From: Methanogenium sp. MK-MG
GTDB taxonomy: Archaea > Halobacteriota > Methanomicrobia > Methanomicrobiales > Methanomicrobiaceae
NCBI RefSeq assembly: GCF_009914725.1
Contig: NZ_JAAAWJ010000020.1
Coordinates: forward strand, 1 to 32,240
Direction: 5' to 3'
DNA length: 32,240 nt
Within the stretch, counting starts at the first letter, position 1. Each line of letters starts with the position of its first letter. The notes under the pieces are model-generated. The model was given only the letters and a program-made list of their open reading frames with translations, searched no databases and had not been told where the DNA came from. The position numbers and the translations under genes were made by a program. Positions 26,349 through 32,240 of the stretch are shown in pieces.

Positions 26349-26951
26349 ATGAGTATCTTTTCCAGACTCCATGCAAGAAATCCTTTAGATTCGATGAAAC
26401 TGGGGGATCTAAGGAAGGCAGAAGCACAATTACGATATCAGATTCAGACTACCCTGAATGACAGATCAGCGATGGAGGAGCAGATTACTCTACTCTTTTC
26501 CGAGTCTCTGGCTATCGCTGATGATGTGGGAACAGCCATCTGTGCCATGCGGATACAGGCAATTTCAGAATCCTGGCAGTTAAAAGCCCAGACCTGTCTG
26601 AACCTTGAGCGGGATTTACAGGTGCTTTCGAATATGATTGCAATTAAAGAACAGGAGAAAACTCTTCAGCGCTCCGGTGTCTGGAAAAAGCTACAGAACA
26701 TTGACCCGGATACCCTGGAAGAATGGTTGGCAAAATCAAGTATCAGTACTGCAGGTCAAAGGGCCTTGGTAAACGAACTTTCTGAGATTACTTCTGAACA
26801 TATTTCGCAGTCCGGAACAGGTTCAGTTGATGAATCATACATCAGGTCTCTGATTTCTGAGATGCGGACGGGGAGTCTGTCTTCAGATTCTGCAGGTACA
26901 AAATTGTTCAGCAATTTGTCCTCAGAACAACTGGATGGATCATCCCATTGA
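26349..26951 (+). CDS. ESCRT-III/Snf7-like protein (PspA/ESCRT-III superfamily), diverged paralog 2
   Basis: Same length (200 aa) and organisation as the upstream gene. Shared blocks VWEKIQGISPDAFE/VWKKLQNIDPDTLEE, TGSLDLEEAGGLFS/TGSLSSDSAGTKLFS. N-terminus MSIFSRLHA resembles PspA/Vipp1 MGIFSRF. Starts 19 nt after paralog 1 with a GGAG Shine-Dalgarno. Confidence 0.45.
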   Translation: MSIFSRLHARNPLDSMKLGDLRKAEAQLRYQIQTTLNDRSAMEEQITLLFSESLAIADDVGTAICAMRIQAISESWQLKAQTCLNLERDLQVLSNMIAIKEQEKTLQRSGVWKKLQNIDPDTLEEWLAKSSISTAGQRALVNELSEITSEHISQSGTGSVDESYIRSLISEMRTGSLSSDSAGTKLFSNLSSEQLDGSSH

Positions 26952-27210
26952 GGGAGATAAACAGAACAGATATTATAGTTTGTTATGGCAACATTCAGAT
27001 GAAAAAAAGGGTATGGTAATATAATTGATGTGCATCTGACCAATTCGGAATACATGCCCATTTATTATCCTTATTTTCAATACAGCGGCAATTATGAAGA
27101 TTCAATCAGCGCGAATCCTATCTTTACGGTGATTGGCCCTCAAAACCTGAAAAACAAACTGATACCGGGTCTGGAGAAAGGTATATCTAATAGTATGAAG
27201 TGGTGAAAAA

Positions 27211-29124
27211 ATGGGTTTTTTTGGTAAGAAAAGTGACAATGACATCCCGGCAAACAGGTCTGCCGAAGGATACAGAAGAGAGAAAACATGCCCGAAGTGT
27301 GGAACAACCCTTGAAGAAGATGTTAAATTCTGTCCTCACTGTGGAGCAAAAGTTGCGGACTTTACCTGCAACAAATGTGGAGCTTCTGTTCCAGCGGATG
27401 CAAAGTTCTGTCCCGGGTGTGGGTATGATGCACGGACATCCCGGCTTGGTAAACTGGTAGGGTCAAATCAGGAAGATTTCTCACGGAACCGTGAGTGGAT
27501 ACGAAAACCAGAGGATTTTGCCAGCCGGTTCGAAATTGAGGACCTACGCGGCATTCTCAAAAAAACGGTTACTGTTGCCGAAGGAACCCGTGCTCTGCTC
27601 TTCCAGGGCGGGGCATTTGTAGGTGATCTCAGACCCGGACATTATAATATTGGAAAATTTCTTGAGACTCATCTGCCACTGAACCTTGATGACCGTGCAT
27701 CCGTTGTGCTTGTTGACGATGGTATTATTGCCATTGATTTCTCCCTTAACAGGACACAGGTCCGCACTGCTGATTCAATCCCGGTCGGCATCAGTGGCAC
27801 GCTGACGCTCAGAAACACTGACTCAAAGAAATTCATCGACAATCTCCTGAAAGGAAAGAGCCGGATTCTTCTGAGTGATCTTCAGAATGATCTCACCTAT
27901 GACATTCAAAGCGTGGTTCATGCAACGCTAAGCAGGTACACCATGGATGAACTCTATGGGAATCTCTCAGTCAAGCAGGAGATTGAGCAGCAGGTTCAGA
28001 CACATGTTGCTCCGACACTGAACACTTACGGCTTTTCCGTAGAGCACCTCAGGTTTGTCCGGTGTGATGAAACAGACTGGAAAGACATCATTGAGAAACG
28101 TGGCACACGGACGAAAAAAGTCGCCGGGGCGGAGCTTGATATCGACACCGAGCAAAAAATCAGGCAACTCCTCTCAAATGACAGAATCAATAAACTTTCA
28201 ACCGAAGACACCGTTGAAGCCTATGTTCACGAGCTTGCAAAGGTTGGAATAATCCGCACCAATGATATCCAGGACCTGAAAATAGAACTTAACAATAACC
28301 GGGACGACAAGGAATACATCCGCTCTCTCGTCAGGGATAAGGCCCGGCAGATGCACCGCCATGAAACTGCTGATGCAGAGCTTGATCATACTTTGAGTCA
28401 GGATGATCGACAGCAGGCTCACGAAATAAAAACTGACGATGCACAAAGAGAGCACGGAGAAAAGTGGGCAGAACGTGAACATGCCCGTGATGTCAAAGAG
28501 ATGGAGAGTCTCATCGGCATCAAAAAGCAGATGAGTGAGGCAAAACTTCAGAAGCAGACCGGCGAGCAGGGACTCCAGCACAGAGACCTGGAAAAAGAGG
28601 CTGAGATTGAAGGGATTAAGCTCTCACAACGTACCAATGCGTCAGCTGAAGCACTCCTCACCATGACAGAGGGAAAGACGGCTGAACACCTGACTGAACT
28701 GGAGAAGATGAAACGTGCAGCTGTTTTGGATGCAGATCAGATTGTTGCACTCTACGCAAAAGACCCGGTTGCCGCTGCTGAGGCAATGAAACAGAAGTTT
28801 GGTTCAGCTGAAATGGAAAAAATGCACGCGGCCCGCCTTGGAGATCAGCAGGCATTCATGGAGATGATGCAGAAGAATTTCGGTGAGAATTCTGATCGTA
28901 TGGTCGATGTGATGAATCAGGCCCTTGGTGCAATGGGCAGCACGGCAACAGCACGAGGCAGTGCCCATCAGGCACAGGGTTCAACTGTCGTTGCCGGTGG
29001 AGGTATTGGCCAGCCGGTTATCGTGAACCCGGTGCAAAATGAAAATACACGGGCATGTCCTGAATGTGGAGCTGAGAACAACGCATCGGCAGGATTTTGC
29101 AAGGAATGCGGCCAGAAACTTTGA
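27211..29124 (+). CDS. Zinc-ribbon / SPFH (band-7, flotillin-like) / coiled-coil / zinc-ribbon protein
   Basis: N-terminal double zinc ribbon (CPKCGTTLEEDVKFCPHCG; CNKCGASVPADAKFCPGCG). SPFH-like core (VTVAEGTRALLFQGGAFVGDLRPGHYNI...VVLVDDGIIAIDFSLNRTQVRTADSIPVGISGTLTLRNTD...). Long E/K/Q/A-rich helical region as in flotillins/YqiK. C-terminal zinc ribbon CPECGAENNASAGFCKECG. Confidence 0.55.
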   Translation: MGFFGKKSDNDIPANRSAEGYRREKTCPKCGTTLEEDVKFCPHCGAKVADFTCNKCGASVPADAKFCPGCGYDARTSRLGKLVGSNQEDFSRNREWIRKPEDFASRFEIEDLRGILKKTVTVAEGTRALLFQGGAFVGDLRPGHYNIGKFLETHLPLNLDDRASVVLVDDGIIAIDFSLNRTQVRTADSIPVGISGTLTLRNTDSKKFIDNLLKGKSRILLSDLQNDLTYDIQSVVHATLSRYTMDELYGNLSVKQEIEQQVQTHVAPTLNTYGFSVEHLRFVRCDETDWKDIIEKRGTRTKKVAGAELDIDTEQKIRQLLSNDRINKLSTEDTVEAYVHELAKVGIIRTNDIQDLKIELNNNRDDKEYIRSLVRDKARQMHRHETADAELDHTLSQDDRQQAHEIKTDDAQREHGEKWAEREHARDVKEMESLIGIKKQMSEAKLQKQTGEQGLQHRDLEKEAEIEGIKLSQRTNASAEALLTMTEGKTAEHLTELEKMKRAAVLDADQIVALYAKDPVAAAEAMKQKFGSAEMEKMHAARLGDQQAFMEMMQKNFGENSDRMVDVMNQALGAMGSTATARGSAHQAQGSTVVAGGGIGQPVIVNPVQNENTRACPECGAENNASAGFCKECGQKL

Positions 29125-29208
29125 TGAGGGGGAATACTGTATGCAAACCCCCCACTTTATTCAGTATGTTCAGGTCACGCCATTTGAATATGAGGTCGTC
29201 TGATAGCC

Positions 29209-30117
29209 ATGTTTGGAGATGGAGACCTTACCTGTATTGAAAATCTGCTGAAACCGGCAGAGATCATCATTGACAGTGGCACCGGAATTTCAAGAAGATC
29301 GTATGAGGAAAGAGTCAGACTCTGGAATGAAGTTCGCAGTAACTATTCACGGTTTGAAAACCGTGAGTGTGGATCTTTTGACAAAACGCTTGACCTGCAC
29401 TTCCGTTCAAAGTTTGAGGCATCCCTTCTCACTCTTGCAACAAGTTTTCGCAGAAACAGAGAAGATCCTGTTGAAGCCAACACCTTCACTGAAGACGAAC
29501 TGTTGCTGTATGAACTCATTGAACGGTATCACGTTCTCCCTTCAAAGAAGGAACTGATGACCGTTCTTCTCTCAGGTGAAGGGAAAGGATCTGAATTTTT
29601 GAATGTGCACTACCGCTACATCGATGGTATGATACTAGATGCCTGCAAACGGCCCGGTGCTGCCAATCCATATCTTCTCCATTTTCTGAAGAGCAGATGG
29701 AACAAATATGACAAACGCCTGCAGGATGTTGTAACAAGTGCCATCGAAAATAACGGTCTCCGATGGTTTGTCACATTTATCGGGGATGGAAACAAGCGTG
29801 CAGAGCAGATAGTCTACAACATATCCGGAGGTTCAGTGAATCTTGGCAACGGTGTGCAGGTTGTTGACAGTATCCTGAGTCGTGCCGGGATTACCAATGA
29901 AAATGCCAGTGATTCAATTTTCCCGAGTGAAAGGAAAGGTTCACCGGGTGGCGTACAGGTGCAGGACAGTGTGGTAAACAGGTCGACATTTGGAGATACT
30001 GGCAATGGAGATGCCCGGACAAAGAGTTCCGAAAGATTTTGTGCGGCATGTGGAACCAGGTTACCTGATGGTGCACAGTTTTGCACTGATTGTGGTAACC
30101 GCGTGGAATTCGAATGA
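29209..30117 (+). CDS. Hypothetical protein with C-terminal zinc-ribbon (CAACGTRLPDGAQFCTDCGNRV)
   Basis: 302 aa. No recognised N-terminal domain. The C-terminal C-x2-CG-x7-FC-x2-CG ribbon is the same type as in the upstream SPFH protein. Confidence 0.45.
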   Translation: MFGDGDLTCIENLLKPAEIIIDSGTGISRRSYEERVRLWNEVRSNYSRFENRECGSFDKTLDLHFRSKFEASLLTLATSFRRNREDPVEANTFTEDELLLYELIERYHVLPSKKELMTVLLSGEGKGSEFLNVHYRYIDGMILDACKRPGAANPYLLHFLKSRWNKYDKRLQDVVTSAIENNGLRWFVTFIGDGNKRAEQIVYNISGGSVNLGNGVQVVDSILSRAGITNENASDSIFPSERKGSPGGVQVQDSVVNRSTFGDTGNGDARTKSSERFCAACGTRLPDGAQFCTDCGNRVEFE

Positions 30118-30476
30118 ATATTCATATGCTTATGCCTGTCAGACATACCCTTCACATAATTGCAATACATAATCTCTGCCCATATAGGACAAGTATGTGG
30201 TTCAGATATTGCTGATATGATGCGACAATGACCACAATCCCACTTCGGAAATATGATACTATCAGATTGATGAGCAATACGGTCTGAATATTTAAATGAA
30301 TGTGAAATCGGTGAATTACTCAAAGGGAAACAGACGATTACAGAGATCTATGAAGATGTTTATACGTGGGCACGAGGCAGATCAGCATAGACTCTTTTTT
30401 TCAGTTTTTGTCTGAAAGAAACTCACCAAAAAATCATCCGGATTGGTAAAGGGATTAGTAAATAGGGGAATAAATA

Positions 30477-32153
30477 TTGATGTCTGCTAAAAAATCAGTT
30501 TTGATAGGATTGTTGATTCTATTCATATCGAGTTTCGTCGGTGTGGCTGCGGCATACGATGGATATGAATATCTAACGGAGTGGGGGTCTTTCGGTGCAG
30601 ATAGTAGGGAATTTTATAACCCATTTGGCATTGACATTGACAGTTCAGGTAATGTTTACGTTGTTGACAACTTTAACAACCGTGTCCAAAAATTCACATC
30701 AGAAGGTACATATCTCACAATGTGGGGAACCGAAGGAACGGCCAATGGAATGTTTTCTTCACCATTCGATGTTGCCATTGATGATTCTGGTAACGTCTAT
30801 GTTGCCGATTCAAAAAATAACCGCATTCAGAAGTTTACCTCTAAGGGCACATTTCTCACAAAATGGGGATCAAAAGGTTCAGCTAATGATGAATTTTCAA
30901 GTCCATGCAGTGTTGCCGTTGACGGTTCAGGTAATGTTTATGTTGTTGACTTCGGTAATTCCTGCATCAAGAAATTCACGTCTATTGGAATGTATCTCAC
31001 AAAGTGGGGATCTGTTGGTAAAGACAAGGAGGATTTTCATAGTCCATGCAGTGTTGCTGTTGACGGTTCAGGTAATGTCTATGTTGTTGACTCCGGAAAT
31101 AACTGCATTAAAAAGTTCACTTCCGAAGGCACGTATCTCACTCAGTGGGGATCTTTTGGTTTAGGTAATGGAGAATTTCATAGTCCATACGGTGTTGCTG
31201 TTGACCATTCAGGTAATGTTTACGTTGCTGACTCTGGTAACGACCGCATCCAGAAATTCACCTCTAACGGAGAATATATCACATCGTGGGGATCAGAAGG
31301 ATTAGGCAATGGGGAATTTTCGTTACCATCTGGTGTTGCGATTGATAATTTAAATAACATCTACATTACTGACTCCAATAATAACCGCATCCAGAAATTC
31401 GAAAAGTCAATTGCACCCCCAATTACCACTACCAGTAGTGAGCTTCTTTCTTTCTCCATGCAGGATCCAATCCTGTTGGTCATACCGATAGCAATTATTG
31501 TAACAATCCTTGCTGACGTGATACTTATCAGAAGAAAGAGAAATCTTCAAAAGAAGAGGAAAGGAAACATTTGCGGAACAAAAAAGCCAAATCCCAAAAT
31601 GCAAAATGAATCCGACAAAAATTGGGGAACAGCTGACACACCCAATAAAAACCAAAAAGCTATGATCCATTCTCCGGTAATGTCAGAAGATGAATTATAT
31701 CTCAAATCACCGTCAGATGATGTCACATCAAAGATGATTCAGATTAAAATATCTCTCAAAAACAAACAATTTATCAGAGGCAAAGAAATGCCTCTTTCCC
31801 TGGTTATGAAGAATACAGGGACAGTCGCTTTAGAGAATATTCACCTGAAAATATCTGGTGAATTTGAGATTATTGAGAAACAACAATTCCACCTTTATTC
31901 AAAAGAGTCCAGAGAGATATCTCATCTGATCCGACCTGTGCGTTCAGGGGATTTCTCATTGACTGCTACGATTTCTGCAACCTTTGCGGGAATCCGTAGA
32001 TATGAGGATGTACAACATCTGGAAATATCGGTGACTGACCCCCCTGAGAAACGGAAGGTTCCTGTCCCTGAAAAAAATAATGTGAATCTCACTACTATAA
32101 CATCACCAGCGGGTAAAGAATTCCCTCCATTATTACTGAACACAGTACTTTAA
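30477..32153 (+). CDS. NHL-repeat (six-bladed beta-propeller) surface protein with signal peptide, C-terminal TM helix and a C-terminal Ig/CARDB-like domain
   Basis: Signal peptide MMSAKKSVLIGLLILFISSFVGVAAA. Six about 47-aa repeats of the NHL type (SPFGIDIDSSGNVYVVDNFNNRVQKFTSEGTYLTMWG; the repeats are also visible at DNA level, 30600-31400). TM helix ILLVIPIAIIVTILADVILI is followed by RRKRNLQKKRKG. The C-terminal beta-rich segment resembles CARDB/DUF11. Confidence 0.7.
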   Translation: MMSAKKSVLIGLLILFISSFVGVAAAYDGYEYLTEWGSFGADSREFYNPFGIDIDSSGNVYVVDNFNNRVQKFTSEGTYLTMWGTEGTANGMFSSPFDVAIDDSGNVYVADSKNNRIQKFTSKGTFLTKWGSKGSANDEFSSPCSVAVDGSGNVYVVDFGNSCIKKFTSIGMYLTKWGSVGKDKEDFHSPCSVAVDGSGNVYVVDSGNNCIKKFTSEGTYLTQWGSFGLGNGEFHSPYGVAVDHSGNVYVADSGNDRIQKFTSNGEYITSWGSEGLGNGEFSLPSGVAIDNLNNIYITDSNNNRIQKFEKSIAPPITTTSSELLSFSMQDPILLVIPIAIIVTILADVILIRRKRNLQKKRKGNICGTKKPNPKMQNESDKNWGTADTPNKNQKAMIHSPVMSEDELYLKSPSDDVTSKMIQIKISLKNKQFIRGKEMPLSLVMKNTGTVALENIHLKISGEFEIIEKQQFHLYSKESREISHLIRPVRSGDFSLTATISATFAGIRRYEDVQHLEISVTDPPEKRKVPVPEKNNVNLTTITSPAGKEFPPLLLNTVL

Positions 32154-32240
32154 AATCCGGCAGACCCTTTCTCTCAGACTCACCCCTCAATACCAATCTA
32201 AAATGCCTGCTATGCGAGTATTTTACCTAAATTCTCCCAT

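Noticed and set aside
30595-31164. 189-aa plus-strand ORF inside the NHL gene (alternative frame)
   Set aside because: It lies wholly within the much longer NHL-repeat ORF in another frame. The repeat-driven periodicity keeps the frame open, and the translation is low-complexity with no support.

Overview
This window looks like a chromosomal segment from a methanogenic euryarchaeon. The evidence is F420-dependent enzymes, an archaeal split glutamate synthase, TATA-box/leaderless promoter architecture and oligo-T terminators. A Methanomicrobiales/Methanospirillum-like genome at about 45% GC is my guess only. I saw no rRNA, tRNA, CRISPR array or obvious IS element. Manually derived coordinates for motifs and small ORFs may be off by 1-2 nt; ORF-track coordinates are used for genes.

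**Left third (0.3-10 kb), miscellaneous genes:**
- a secreted PPC-domain protein and a membrane-anchored tandem-wHTH regulator
- a TPR protein, a DUF99/UPF0215 protein and a convergent cob(I)alamin adenosyltransferase
- a pair of small HTH regulators with palindromic operators around their TATA box
- an unusual RNase HI-TsaA/TrmO-like fusion
- Mrp/NBP35, a KamA-family radical SAM enzyme, and a truncated rubredoxin-like ORF

**Middle (10-19.7 kb), a coherent F420-linked nitrogen-assimilation cluster:**
- Fno (F420H2:NADP+ oxidoreductase), NAD(P)-glutamate dehydrogenase and a YgiQ radical SAM protein
- a three-gene archaeal glutamate synthase (GATase, Fd-FMN core, GXGXG) plus an FrhB-family F420-reactive subunit
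- a GGAA-N6-TTCC palindrome (NrpR-type operator candidate) upstream of the operon

**Right third (19.9-32.2 kb), the most interesting part:**
- a tightly coupled four-gene minus-strand operon: hypothetical - TPR/HEAT - Vps4/katanin-clade AAA ATPase with MIT-like N-terminus and Vps4-type C-terminal helix - TPR protein
- divergently transcribed from it, two tandem ESCRT-III/Snf7-like paralogs (PspA/ESCRT-III superfamily)
- then a zinc-ribbon-SPFH/flotillin-like protein, a zinc-ribbon protein and an NHL beta-propeller surface protein
- the two divergent promoters share a TGGAGG-N4-TATA element

I read the right third as a candidate ESCRT-III/Vps4-like membrane-remodelling or stress module in a methanogen.
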